DNA from: a virus
Taxonomy: Duplodnaviria > Caudoviricetes
Length of the DNA: 52,611 bases
Strand: one strand, 5' to 3'
Virus record (IMG/VR): IMGVR_UViG_3300047378_000193
Coordinates: 1 to 52,611 of that record
Below the pieces are notes generated by a model that ran no database searches, had not been told where the DNA came from, and saw nothing but the letters and a program-made list of their open reading frames with translations. Numbering within the stretch: the first letter of the stretch is position 1; each line of letters starts with the position of its first letter. This document shows, one piece after another, positions 9,155 to 18,889 of this stretch. The position numbers and the translations under genes were made by a program.

Positions 9155-9804
9155 TGTACGTAGGGCCAAACTTAGGAGTATATGAAAACAACCCAGCTAA
9201 ATCTGGGTATGATATTTTGCAGAATAACAAATCTGTACCTAGTGGTTCTTACTGGGTGAAAACATCTACTATGTCTTCTGCTCAAAAAATGTATGTAGAT
9301 ATGGTGACAGCGGGAGGCGGGTGGACGTTAATAGTTTGTTCTGAAACACAAGGATCCGCATGGAATACAACAACTGTACTGTCATTAAATAGCTCAACTC
9401 CCAGTATAACAAGTAATTACTCTATACTTAGTTTAGCTGATTCATTAAAGACAAATTTAAGTGGAAAACTAAATTATAGAATAGATGCAGAAACAATGGG
9501 TACTTGGGGCGGAATATGGGAAGCGGATTTTGATAATACCTTTATAGCAACAGACATGTCCAATGAAATTGCTACTAATCTTGTAAAATGGAACACTTGG
9601 ACTATAAATAGCACAGTTGGATCAAATCAAGCTGTATCAAATAGGATGCCTTGGATAGGTACAGGAAATAAAACTTTAAGTACTTGGAATAACACGGGAT
9701 CCTGGTGGGGTACATTAGTTTCTAAATATAGCGGTTACAACCCTGCTCCTTACATATCACCACAAAAACAACAACCAGGTATAATTTGGTACTGGGTAAA
9801 ATAA
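9154..9804 (+). CDS. Fibrinogen-like (intelectin-type) domain protein
   Basis: SGSYWVK...YVDMVTAGGGWTLI is the fibrinogen-related domain signature. Confidence 0.7.
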   Translation: MYVGPNLGVYENNPAKSGYDILQNNKSVPSGSYWVKTSTMSSAQKMYVDMVTAGGGWTLIVCSETQGSAWNTTTVLSLNSSTPSITSNYSILSLADSLKTNLSGKLNYRIDAETMGTWGGIWEADFDNTFIATDMSNEIATNLVKWNTWTINSTVGSNQAVSNRMPWIGTGNKTLSTWNNTGSWWGTLVSKYSGYNPAPYISPQKQQPGIIWYWVK

Positions 9805-9839
9805 AATAATAACTTTTTGGATATTGAAAAAAAGATAAT

Positions 9840-12800
9840 ATGGCAAACGAATTTAAAGTAAAAAAAGGATTAATTGTTGCAGGCGCATCAGGCGGAACTG
9901 TTGTAGATGTTCAAGGTTCACAAGGGCAACTGTTTTCAGTAACCGATGACTTAAGCGGATCTATATTCGCCGTGTCAGATATATCTGGTGTACCAATACT
10001 TGATATTAACTCAAACGGAGTTTCATACTTTACCGGTCCGATTGGCATTGGAGTACCGTCACCTAGCACACCATACTATCTACAAATGACATCTGGAGCT
10101 GGAGCAAATGGGGATTGTATTTTAGGTATTTTCGCAGACGCAGATGGCACAACCACTCAAAGTAGCCCTAAAATAGTAATGGGTAAAAATGGAAATGCTA
10201 ATTTCTTCGTTGTTGAAATGGATGACAATCATAGAACTTCATTTGCAAACGCAGTAGGTCACTACTTTCAGAGTGGCTATGTTGGTATAGGAATGACTGC
10301 TCCATTACAACCGTTGTCTATAGAAAACTCTTCTTCGCCTTTAATAAAGATAAGGAATACAACCAACGGAGGTGGAGCTGGTATTGAGTTTAATGACAAT
10401 GGCACATCCACTGCAACTCAAAACGGTAGAATAACATACTATCATAGTGATAGTAATTCTCAAGGAGGCGGTTCTTCTTTTTGGCTTACAGGTGAGGATG
10501 ATCAAACTTTAGTACTTGCTAACAATGGTAGAGTAGTTGTTCAAAAATCTGGATCTGCCTCAGAAGTAGGTTATGGTTTTTATGACGATGTAAATACTGG
10601 TATGTACCGCGTTTCTGCTGACGCATTAGGTTTTTCAACCGGTGGAACTAGAAGATTAGATATGAACAACGGTGGTGTTCGTATAGGTACAGGTGCAAGG
10701 GTTACAACAATACTAGATCAAGACGATATGTCTAGTAATAGCGCTACAGCGCTTGCTACGCAACAAAGCGTTAAAGCTTACGTTGACAACGCTATCGCTG
10801 GCGTGCCGCAAGGTGATATAACAGAGGTGGCTGCTGGTACTTTTTTAACGGGTGGAGGTACTTCTGGTGCTGTAACGCTTAACGCGGACGCGTCAAAATT
10901 AGCTCACATTGTTGATAGCTCTAGTGGCTCTGCTGCTGCTGGGTGGATAACAGTAGCTCAAGCGTCAGGTTCTAGAAAAGCTGGAGAGATTTATGTAACA
11001 GACGGGGACTCTGGTGATCATTCTTATATTAGGATAGAATGGATGCGTAGCTATAATGATAGTAATTTTACAGTGCTAAATTGTGGAGGTCACCAAAATA
11101 GAATACAAGGAGTTAGAGTATTAGAAGAGACCGCAGATACAACGTATGGTAAAAAATATATTCAAGTAAAAGTTACAGTAGCTAGTACTTACTACGTTAT
11201 TGTAACAGCGCCAGGGACTATACCTGCCTATGGGGACTTTACGGCAGAAACACCGGTATTAGAAAATAGTAAGACCGGTTACAATATAAAAGGTAACACG
11301 CTAGAAGACTTGCAGAACTCAAGTATTGGATCAGAACAAGGTATTACTTCTGGAGGTAATATAGAATTAAATGACGCACGTTATGTTTTCACTAAAGGAG
11401 ATGTATTATCACTTTCAGCTGGTGGCGCTGGATCTGGTACAGAGATAGAGGTGGATGACGCTGAAAGTATAATAAAGATAAAATCAGACTTGATAACTAG
11501 TGGGCAAGTTATCATGTCTAGTGCGGTTACTAATGGAGACGACGTGTTTAGAGCAAACCCAGCGCTTGGTACCTTCACTTTAGGTGATATAGAAGAATTA
11601 GGAGATGGTGCTTTAATACAGTCTGACACGAGTGTTATTAAATTAGTGAACACAAGCGTTGACTCATTGACAGCAGATAGTAGTAATAACGTATCAATCC
11701 CTAATGGAAATCTTGTAGTGAGTGGAAGCACAACCGCTAACTCACTAGTTAAAGATGGTGGAACAAGTTCTCAATTCTTAAAAGCTGATGGAAGTGTTGA
11801 TTCAAACACGTATTTAACAACTGAGACTGGTGCTAGAATGATTCAGTTCAATAGATCAGGTATAAACTCTAGTACATACACTATGCTAGCCACTGTTAAT
11901 GGTGATCGCCTTGGTTCTATTTTAAAGATGACAATGACTGGTACAAGTGGCAACGTGGTATTTGCTTGTACTTTTGATATAACAGTAAATCATTCACAAG
12001 ACATACACGTTAAATCTTCTAATGGTGATTACACAGAAGTTACATTAAGAATAACATCTGACAATAATGAAGATTTTTCTATTGAAGCTAAACACAACGG
12101 TTCAACTACTACAGAAGCTGAAGTATGTATATATCCATTAGCTGATGAAATAGTTACACCAACAACTACAGATCCAGGTTACACAGGCGCTGCATACGAA
12201 CATACAGCTACCGAAGGTTGGCGTTATGGTGGAGAAGATGGAAACGTAGAATCTTCTAATGTTATTGTTGATGGTAAAATAGGTATAGGAACGACTAGTC
12301 CTGCTACTGGGTTAGAAGTTAATGGAGATATTGGAATAGGTCGAACTGCTGGAGGTTACACATTTAGAGAAACTGTTGGAGGGGCTGAAAGAGCTTCCAT
12401 TAAATCAAGTGCTACTAATGAATTAATATTTAGTTATGGTGCCAGCGATGAAGCTATGCGTATTGATGATTCTGGCAATGTGGGTATTGGAACGACTGAC
12501 CCCCAGGCAAAACTAGAGGTACAGGGAGGCGCTCCATTTATCTACATTACCGATACTACAGAAACAGATTCAGGTATAATATTTAGAGATCTACAAGCGG
12601 ACATGAGTCAAGCTGCCGCAATAAAATTTAATTCAAGCGACAATAAGCTTAAATTCTATAATAACGATGCAGCAACTGTAAGGATGACTATTGATACCGC
12701 GGGTAGCGTAGGTATCGGAACTACTACTCCTGGCGATAAATTACACGTCAATGGCACCGTTAGATCTCAAGCTCCAACAACTAGTGATTGGGCAGTTTTA

Positions 12801-13556
12801 GGTTATAATAGCTCAGGGAACGCCCCGTCGGGGTTATGGTTTGACAATGGAGACGGTGAGCTGCTACTTAGAGATGATAGCGGTAACCTAAATGTTAGAT
12901 TAAGATCTGACACTAGTAGCTACATTAATGGAGGTAATTTAGGTCTAGGAACTACAAGTCCTAACTTGAAACTCGATGTAATATCGGGAACTAATAATGG
13001 TATTAGAATATCAGCAACAGATACCACTAGTAACTGGAGAGATATTGACATAAGATCATATGTATCGCAAGCACAAGCAGATGCTTTGCCGGACGGATCA
13101 GCCATATACACTACAAATCCAACATCTCAAACAGAAACAGCATTTTCTAAATACGGTGGATTAGTACTACAAGGTAGAGATGATGGAAACTCTAGTTTTG
13201 CTATTAGACTAGGTAACGGAGGTGGTTATGCTACTAGAATGTTCATGGGAGCAACTGGTGCTACTGTTTTTTCAAATACGGTTACAGCTACAAACTTTAT
13301 ATTATCCTCAGATGAAAGATTAAAAGAAAACGTTAAGAAAGTATGTGATAATAGAGTTAAAGCGGATTGGAAAACTTTTGAATTAAAAACAGATAAAGGG
13401 CAGAAAAGATACGGTGTTATAGCTCAAGAGTTAGAAAAGTCTCACCCTGAATTTGTTAATACAGACACAGAAGGATTTAAATCAGTCAAGTATATAGATT
13501 TACTAATTGCTAAAATTGCTGAGCTAGAAGCAAGATTAGAAAAACTAGAAAAATAA
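9840..13556 (+). CDS. Tail fibre with C-terminal peptidase S74 intramolecular chaperone
   Basis: GxVGIGT repeats; SSDERLKENV...YGVIAQELE...coiled-coil end. Confidence 0.9.
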   Translation: MANEFKVKKGLIVAGASGGTVVDVQGSQGQLFSVTDDLSGSIFAVSDISGVPILDINSNGVSYFTGPIGIGVPSPSTPYYLQMTSGAGANGDCILGIFADADGTTTQSSPKIVMGKNGNANFFVVEMDDNHRTSFANAVGHYFQSGYVGIGMTAPLQPLSIENSSSPLIKIRNTTNGGGAGIEFNDNGTSTATQNGRITYYHSDSNSQGGGSSFWLTGEDDQTLVLANNGRVVVQKSGSASEVGYGFYDDVNTGMYRVSADALGFSTGGTRRLDMNNGGVRIGTGARVTTILDQDDMSSNSATALATQQSVKAYVDNAIAGVPQGDITEVAAGTFLTGGGTSGAVTLNADASKLAHIVDSSSGSAAAGWITVAQASGSRKAGEIYVTDGDSGDHSYIRIEWMRSYNDSNFTVLNCGGHQNRIQGVRVLEETADTTYGKKYIQVKVTVASTYYVIVTAPGTIPAYGDFTAETPVLENSKTGYNIKGNTLEDLQNSSIGSEQGITSGGNIELNDARYVFTKGDVLSLSAGGAGSGTEIEVDDAESIIKIKSDLITSGQVIMSSAVTNGDDVFRANPALGTFTLGDIEELGDGALIQSDTSVIKLVNTSVDSLTADSSNNVSIPNGNLVVSGSTTANSLVKDGGTSSQFLKADGSVDSNTYLTTETGARMIQFNRSGINSSTYTMLATVNGDRLGSILKMTMTGTSGNVVFACTFDITVNHSQDIHVKSSNGDYTEVTLRITSDNNEDFSIEAKHNGSTTTEAEVCIYPLADEIVTPTTTDPGYTGAAYEHTATEGWRYGGEDGNVESSNVIVDGKIGIGTTSPATGLEVNGDIGIGRTAGGYTFRETVGGAERASIKSSATNELIFSYGASDEAMRIDDSGNVGIGTTDPQAKLEVQGGAPFIYITDTTETDSGIIFRDLQADMSQAAAIKFNSSDNKLKFYNNDAATVRMTIDTAGSVGIGTTTPGDKLHVNGTVRSQAPTTSDWAVLGYNSSGNAPSGLWFDNGDGELLLRDDSGNLNVRLRSDTSSYINGGNLGLGTTSPNLKLDVISGTNNGIRISATDTTSNWRDIDIRSYVSQAQADALPDGSAIYTTNPTSQTETAFSKYGGLVLQGRDDGNSSFAIRLGNGGGYATRMFMGATGATVFSNTVTATNFILSSDERLKENVKKVCDNRVKADWKTFELKTDKGQKRYGVIAQELEKSHPEFVNTDTEGFKSVKYIDLLIAKIAELEARLEKLEK

Positions 13557-13984
13557 TGGGTGTACCTAATACAAGCACTTTCTCACTACAGGATGTTGTT
13601 GATGAAGTAAATCCAACTACAGATGATCTAGTTGATTGCTTTGCTGACGCTGTAGCTAGTAGCTTTGACTCTACTTACAGCGGATCAAAAGATAATTTAT
13701 TAAACTTTAGGAACTACGGAGCGGTAAGTTTAACCCTATTTAAGATTGACAATAGTGCCTCTTATGGAAATGCTGTCACAGCTTGCTCTCTTGGTAGTAG
13801 TACTACACTAAGGAACCTTTGGCACAACGGTTCCGGAACATACCCTAGCGTCGGAGACACTATATATCAAGATAGTGCTGGTCTTTATACTTATATTGCC
13901 CCAAATTACTGGTATGTCCCCGCTGGAGATCTTACATTTGATGTAAATAATTCGGGAGTTGTAATAGATGTAGTTGACTGCTAA
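13556..13984 (+). CDS. Small tail-fibre-associated protein
   Basis: 142 aa; coupled to the upstream gene through TAATG; composition like a fibre-tip protein. Confidence 0.6.
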   Translation: MGVPNTSTFSLQDVVDEVNPTTDDLVDCFADAVASSFDSTYSGSKDNLLNFRNYGAVSLTLFKIDNSASYGNAVTACSLGSSTTLRNLWHNGSGTYPSVGDTIYQDSAGLYTYIAPNYWYVPAGDLTFDVNNSGVVIDVVDC

Positions 13985-13996
13985 CCCTGATAAATA

Positions 13997-14030
<34 letters not shown>

Positions 14031-14032
14031 AA

Positions 14033-14464
14033 ATGGCAATTACTTACAAATGGGATATCCCAGCAATGAACGCGCACATTCAAGCAGAAGGTGAAGAAAA
14101 CGTAATCTACACAGTACATTACAGGTACACTGGTTCCGAAGAATCTAATGGACAGGTTTATTCATCAACTACTATCGGTACTCAATCTTATACATACGTG
14201 GCAGGAGAGCCTTTTACACCTTACGAAGACACTGAGGCTTTTGAAAATGTAGTTATAGGATGGTTAGAGGATTCTTTAGACGTGCAAGCGATGCAAGCTA
14301 GTATAGATGCAAACATACAATCTCAAATTACACCTGTAAACGAGGACTTATACTTCACTTGGCAAGACGTAGTTCCAGACCCAATTGTTGAAGAGTCTCC
14401 AGTGGTACAGCCTTCAGATCCTGAAGAGGGTGATCCAGAAACAACTGAATCAGTTAGTAGTTAG
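14033..14464 (+). CDS. Putative tail fibre assembly protein
   Basis: ITYKWDI...VHYRY...VIGWLE...QITP pattern common downstream of S74 fibres; acidic tail. Confidence 0.55.
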   Translation: MAITYKWDIPAMNAHIQAEGEENVIYTVHYRYTGSEESNGQVYSSTTIGTQSYTYVAGEPFTPYEDTEAFENVVIGWLEDSLDVQAMQASIDANIQSQITPVNEDLYFTWQDVVPDPIVEESPVVQPSDPEEGDPETTESVSS

Positions 14465-14493
14465 GTAAAAAACTACTATTTCAAGTGATGATA
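14465..14493 (+). promoter_or_regulatory. Putative late promoter upstream of groEL
   Basis: GTAAAAAACTACTATTTCAAGTGATGATA. Confidence 0.5.
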
Positions 14494-14528
14494 TAAATAT
14501 ATCAAATCAAATCAAATTCAATTAAATT

Positions 14529-16085
14529 ATGTCAGACAAAATTGTTAAAAACTTGAATTTTGGAGAAGACGCCAAGATTACAGTGTTTAAAGGTATAGAG
14601 AAACTAACAAAAGCAGTTAGCTCTACATTAGGAGCTAGCGGTAAATGCGTTATATTAGAAGACGGTAGTGGTAAACCAGTTATAACCAAAGATGGTGTAA
14701 CTGTAGCTGATTCAATAGTATTATTAGACCCCGTAGAGAATATGGGTGCCACTCTTTTAAAAGAAGCCGCTAGAAAAACAGTTAAAGAAGCGGGAGATGG
14801 GACGACTACTGCCACGGTATTAGCTCACTCTATACTCAAACAAGCTTACGAGCTTGACAAGGATTACAATAGTAGAGACTTAAAAAACGGTATTAACACC
14901 GCTGTTGAAAAAGTTGTTAAATATTTAGAAAAAAATTCCATACAAGTAACTGGTGACATGATTGATTCTGTGGCCACTATATCGACAAATAACGATCCAA
15001 GCTTAGGTAAGGTTATTGGAGATGCTTTTAGATCAGTAGGAGAGACCGGTGTGGTTATGATGGAGCCTACAAGTGAGTCTGAAACTTATGTTGACGTTGT
15101 AGACGGAATACAATATGAAAAAGGATTAACAAACTCTAATTTTATAACAAACAGGTCAACCAAAGAAGCTGTACTTGAAAACCCTTTAGTATTGCTAGTT
15201 GATTCACCTATAGAAAGTATTAGGCAAATTCAATCTGTATTAGAGTACGTTATTAAAAATACAAAGTCATTACTTATTGTTGCTGATATAGATCAGCCAG
15301 TCTTATCAGCGTTAGCGATGAATAAGGTTAAAGGAAATATAAAGGTAAATGTTATTAACGCACCTACCTTTGGTATCAATAAAAAAGATACACTAACGGA
15401 TTTATCTATGTTGACTGGAGCTACTATTATCAACGAGGATCTTGGAGATGATTTAGATCTTATATCGGTAGATAAGCTAGGTGAATGTGTTAGAAGTGTA
15501 ACTGGTGAACAAGATACTATTATACAAATAAAAGAAACACCAGAAGAAGTAAATGAACTTATTCGTAAAATTAAAGAACAGCTTGAGACTGAAAAATCTC
15601 CTGCAAATGTTATACGACTTGAAACTAGACTTGCACGTTTATCTGCTAAGGTTGCAATTGTCAAGGTTGGAGCGAATTCAGACATTGAACTTAAAGAAAA
15701 AACAGACAGAGTCGAAGACGCTATCTGTGCTACAAAAGCCGCAATCAAAGAAGGTATAATTCCAGGAGGAGGTATTACTCTGCTCAACGCGTCTACGTAC
15801 ATAAAAGCTAAGAACAAAGGCGAAGAAGTTTTATTAGAAGCTATAAAAGCGCCTTACGAGACTATACTATCTAACGCTGGTTTAGAATTAGTTTATCCTG
15901 ATAGAAAAAATAGAGGTTTAAACGTGGTTACAGGTAAAGACGTAAATATGGTACGAGCTGGCATTATAGATCCGCTACTGGTTACTAAAAGTGCCTTAAG
16001 AAATGCGGCTTCAGTAGCAACTACTATATTATCTACAGATTGTGTAATCAATAATTTAAGAGTTGGAGATGAAAGCAATAGGTAG
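14529..16085 (+). CDS. groEL: Group I chaperonin GroEL (no GGM tail)
   Basis: ITKDGVTVA, AGDGTTTATVLA, EKTDRVEDA, GIIPGGG, GIIDP. Confidence 0.97.
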   Translation: MSDKIVKNLNFGEDAKITVFKGIEKLTKAVSSTLGASGKCVILEDGSGKPVITKDGVTVADSIVLLDPVENMGATLLKEAARKTVKEAGDGTTTATVLAHSILKQAYELDKDYNSRDLKNGINTAVEKVVKYLEKNSIQVTGDMIDSVATISTNNDPSLGKVIGDAFRSVGETGVVMMEPTSESETYVDVVDGIQYEKGLTNSNFITNRSTKEAVLENPLVLLVDSPIESIRQIQSVLEYVIKNTKSLLIVADIDQPVLSALAMNKVKGNIKVNVINAPTFGINKKDTLTDLSMLTGATIINEDLGDDLDLISVDKLGECVRSVTGEQDTIIQIKETPEEVNELIRKIKEQLETEKSPANVIRLETRLARLSAKVAIVKVGANSDIELKEKTDRVEDAICATKAAIKEGIIPGGGITLLNASTYIKAKNKGEEVLLEAIKAPYETILSNAGLELVYPDRKNRGLNVVTGKDVNMVRAGIIDPLLVTKSALRNAASVATTILSTDCVINNLRVGDESNR

Positions 16086-16329
16086 AAATTTAATTATAAA
16101 AAAAATAAAAGAAGGGACCACTAAAACTAAAGGTGGTCTACTTCTTGCTGAATCACATAGAGAAGATATTAGATATATAGAAGCTAGTGTAATTTCTATC
16201 GGAAGTGATGTAGTTGGCGTTAGTGAAAATGATAAAATATTTTTCGATAGACACGCCGGTCACAAGATAGAAATAGATAGAGATTTTTATCATGTCATTA
16301 AACTAGAGGATATAGTTGTTGTTTTATGA
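16069..16329 (+). CDS. groES: Co-chaperonin GroES
   Basis: TKTKGGLLL mobile loop; VISIG; EDIVVVL end; ATG at 16069 overlaps the groEL 3' end. Confidence 0.9.
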   Translation: MKAIGRNLIIKKIKEGTTKTKGGLLLAESHREDIRYIEASVISIGSDVVGVSENDKIFFDRHAGHKIEIDRDFYHVIKLEDIVVVL

Positions 16330-16772
16330 AAAGACTAGACGCAAGAGATGTCAAAGACATGAACTTGTTAAAACATTATCGTATAATACGTAAATGGGCC
16401 TGCAAAAACAACAATCTAAATGACGCTGATTTAGAGCTTCTAATATATCTTGATTGCATAGAGCATTTCTCTAAACAAGATTTTAAAATAGGTTCATATT
16501 CTTACAGTTGGGACAATAGACGTTGGAACAAGCTGTTAAAAGCCGGTTGGATAAAAGTTTGGAGACCTAGAAATAGAACAACTCAACTATATAATATATA
16601 TCAAGTTTCTTTTAAAGGTAAGCAACTCATAAATAGAATATATAGAATAATGCTAGGTGAAGATGATATACCAACTAGTTCTAGAAGAAATAAAATAATA
16701 AGCGGTAATAGTTATACAGATAAAGTTTTAACTACAGCCATACATAATGTTAATAACGATAAAGAAAGATAA
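16326..16772 (+). CDS. Putative winged-helix DNA-binding protein
   Basis: LNDADLELLIYL...LLKAGWIK...YQVSFKGKQL resembles a MarR-type winged helix. Confidence 0.6.
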   Translation: MKRLDARDVKDMNLLKHYRIIRKWACKNNNLNDADLELLIYLDCIEHFSKQDFKIGSYSYSWDNRRWNKLLKAGWIKVWRPRNRTTQLYNIYQVSFKGKQLINRIYRIMLGEDDIPTSSRRNKIISGNSYTDKVLTTAIHNVNNDKER

Positions 16773-16774
16773 CT

Positions 16775-17107
16775 ATGCCTACTTACAAACAAGACTTAAA
16801 AGCTACAACAGGCAACGCACCTATAAAGTATGTTGACCCGTTAACTGGACAACAGATCCCAGATCAACAACTAACATACGCTACGCCTACTCCAGGTAAT
16901 CAAATGGGTTTAGCTAAGCCATTATTTAACCAAGCTGTCACTAATGCTGGTGAACAAATATTTGGTAGTGTAGAGCAAAGACAAAAATCTATGCAAAATC
17001 AAGCTGGTGTAATTCAGACTCCAATGTACTTTAAAGATCAAACAGGAGATGGAAAGATCACTAAAGCAGATGTTATAAAAGCAAGAACTGAAGGATATAA
17101 AGAATAA
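16775..17107 (+). CDS. Small virion protein with a C-terminal EF-hand/dockerin-like loop
   Basis: DQTGDGKITKADV matches the DxxGDGxIxxxD pattern. Confidence 0.6.
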   Translation: MPTYKQDLKATTGNAPIKYVDPLTGQQIPDQQLTYATPTPGNQMGLAKPLFNQAVTNAGEQIFGSVEQRQKSMQNQAGVIQTPMYFKDQTGDGKITKADVIKARTEGYKE

Positions 17108-17118
17108 ATATATAAATT

Positions 17119-17319
17119 ATGGCAAAAAAAGTAACAAAAGCTGACACTAACGCCGGAGGCGTTGTTGGTGAAAACACTATATGGGACGGACCACTAAGTC
17201 AACTAGGTAGACCACATGGTAAAGGGTCTAGTAGTGGATCTAAAGGTATGAAGTTAAAGTTAGCTGATTGCGGTTGTGATTCGTTAAAAAAACCAATAAC
17301 TCAAAGAGCTAAAGGATAA
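17119..17319 (+). CDS. Small basic hypothetical protein
   Basis: 66 aa; tight gene packing; A-rich leader. Confidence 0.7.
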   Translation: MAKKVTKADTNAGGVVGENTIWDGPLSQLGRPHGKGSSSGSKGMKLKLADCGCDSLKKPITQRAKG

Positions 17320-17320
17320 C

Positions 17321-17473
17321 ATGGGGTCACTAGGAGATATAAAACTGTATATGATAAACGCTAGCGCTTTAGCTGTGTCTATGTCTAACATAGATGTAGT
17401 ATTAAAACTAACATTATTAGCTGTTTCTATTGGTTATACTATTCAGAAATGGTATAACTTAAATAAAAAGTAA
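17321..17473 (+). CDS. Small membrane protein (holin or antiholin candidate)
   Basis: Hand translation MGSLGDIKLYMINASALAVSMSNIDVVLKLTLLAVSIGYTIQKWYNLNKK; fills the intergenic gap exactly. Confidence 0.7.
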   Translation: MGSLGDIKLYMINASALAVSMSNIDVVLKLTLLAVSIGYTIQKWYNLNKK

Positions 17474-17474
17474 T

Positions 17475-17738
17475 ATGGCAAAATTAGATAAATCTAAAAT
17501 GGCTTGTAATAAGCCTAAAAAAACACCAAGCCACGCTACTAAGTCTCACGTAGTAAAAGCTTGTTCAGGTGGTAAAGAGAAAATAATTAGGTTTGGTCAA
17601 CAGGGAGTTAGCACTGCTGGAAAGAAAACTGACGCTAAGTCTAAAGCTAGAAGAGCTAGTTTCAAAGCTAGACATGCTAAAAACATAAAGAAAGGTAAAA
17701 TGTCAGCTGCTTATTGGGCTGATAAAGTTAAATGGTAA
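17475..17738 (+). CDS. Conserved small basic phage protein
   Basis: KIIRFGQQG...RRASFKARH...SAAYWA..KW pattern seen in aquatic phage virion proteins. Confidence 0.75.
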   Translation: MAKLDKSKMACNKPKKTPSHATKSHVVKACSGGKEKIIRFGQQGVSTAGKKTDAKSKARRASFKARHAKNIKKGKMSAAYWADKVKW

Positions 17739-17751
17739 AAACAAAATAATT

Positions 17752-17880
17752 ATGTACGGAAAAAAATCACCAGCCAAAATGACGCACGGTAAATCGCCAG
17801 TTAAAAAGAAAGTATCTTTTGTTTCTAAGCACTGCGCTAAAAACACTCCTTTACAGAAAAAAGGTTGTAAAAAATACTAA
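17752..17880 (+). CDS. 42-aa basic peptide with SPxK repeats
   Basis: Hand translation MYGKKSPAKMTHGKSPVKKKVSFVSKHCAKNTPLQKKGCKKY. Confidence 0.7.
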   Translation: MYGKKSPAKMTHGKSPVKKKVSFVSKHCAKNTPLQKKGCKKY

Positions 17881-17881
17881 C

Positions 17882-18190
17882 ATGTCTTTTAAGCTTAAAC
17901 CACCGTTTGATTGCAATAATACTCCTATATATCGAGTTGATATGGAAGAAGGTGTTTTAGGTATGGCTAATAATAATGGTACTATACTTATAAATAAGTA
18001 CCTAAGCCCAGCTCAGTCTAAAAAAGTTATAAGTCATGAAATGATCCATATAGACCAAATGAAGCGCGGCGATTTAGATTATGATGACAACAATGTGTAC
18101 TGGAAAGGTAAAAAATATTCAAGAGCTCAAATGAAAGAAGGAGCTAAAAACCTACCTTGGGAAGCTGAGGCGTATAAGAAAGCAAAATAA
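17882..18190 (+). CDS. Small zincin (HExxH) metallopeptidase
   Basis: ISHEMIHIDQ...PWEAEAY; start reassigned to ATG 17882, directly after the 42-aa ORF. Confidence 0.8.
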   Translation: MSFKLKPPFDCNNTPIYRVDMEEGVLGMANNNGTILINKYLSPAQSKKVISHEMIHIDQMKRGDLDYDDNNVYWKGKKYSRAQMKEGAKNLPWEAEAYKKAK

Positions 18191-18192
18191 CT

Positions 18193-18432
18193 ATGGCATT
18201 TAAAGTAAAAAGATTCATATCACCTCTTCATGTGAAAGAAGATCCTAAAAAACCAGAGATAAAAAAACCAAAGGCAGCAAAAGACGTCAAAGGATTTGAC
18301 GAGCAGTTTGAAACTGTTAAAGCAAAATATCCAAAATCAATGGTTACAAGAGTGAAAAACAAATTAGGTTCATATAGTGTTAGAAAAGGATCTGGTCAAT
18401 TTACATATACTCCAGGAAAACCAGTTGACTAA
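18193..18432 (+). CDS. Small basic hypothetical virion protein
   Basis: 79 aa; MAFKVK...SPLH N-terminus. Confidence 0.7.
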   Translation: MAFKVKRFISPLHVKEDPKKPEIKKPKAAKDVKGFDEQFETVKAKYPKSMVTRVKNKLGSYSVRKGSGQFTYTPGKPVD

Positions 18433-18833
18433 TGAAAAAGATATTAGAATTTTTCAGTACTAAAGTTTTTAAACAAGTTGGTGATGTAGTCGATGACTTA
18501 TTTACCAGCGAAGAAGAAAGGCTAGCCGCTAGAAATAAAATATTTAAAGTATTACAAGATGCACAATTAGAACTGCAAAAAATGCAAACCGAAATAATTG
18601 TAGCAGAAGCTAAAGGTAACTGGTTACAAAGAAGCTGGAGACCGATACTAATGCTTTCATTTGGTTTTATAATTATATATACTAAATTTATATCACAACT
18701 ATCTACACATTTAATAACACCTGCGTTAGAACCAGAATTCTGGAATTTACTTGAAATAGGTATTGGAGGTTATGTAATAGGTAGAAGTGGTGAAAAAATA
18801 GTAGATAAATTAGCACCAATGTTTAAAAAGTAA
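18432..18833 (+). CDS. Holin (GTA 3TM-holin-like)
   Basis: EAKGNWLQRSWRPILM followed by hydrophobic segments and GGYVIGRSGEK. Confidence 0.8.
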   Translation: MKKILEFFSTKVFKQVGDVVDDLFTSEEERLAARNKIFKVLQDAQLELQKMQTEIIVAEAKGNWLQRSWRPILMLSFGFIIIYTKFISQLSTHLITPALEPEFWNLLEIGIGGYVIGRSGEKIVDKLAPMFKK

Positions 18834-18857
18834 AAATAATAGAAACAAGTAATAATA
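18830..18857 (+). promoter_or_regulatory. Putative late promoter upstream of the packaging operon
   Basis: GTAAAAATAATAGAAACAAGTAATAATA. Confidence 0.5.
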
Positions 18858-18889
18858 GTAGTAATAGCAACCAATTAAATTAAATCAAA

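Noticed and set aside
4119-13984. Diversity-generating retroelement or invertase shufflon acting on the fibres
   Set aside because: No reverse transcriptase or recombinase in the window; repeat differences are mostly synonymous rather than adenine-specific
17819-17881. N-terminal extension of the zincin ORF given in the ORF track
   Set aside because: It starts at TTG inside the 42-aa ORF 17752..17880; ATG 17882 fits the gene packing better
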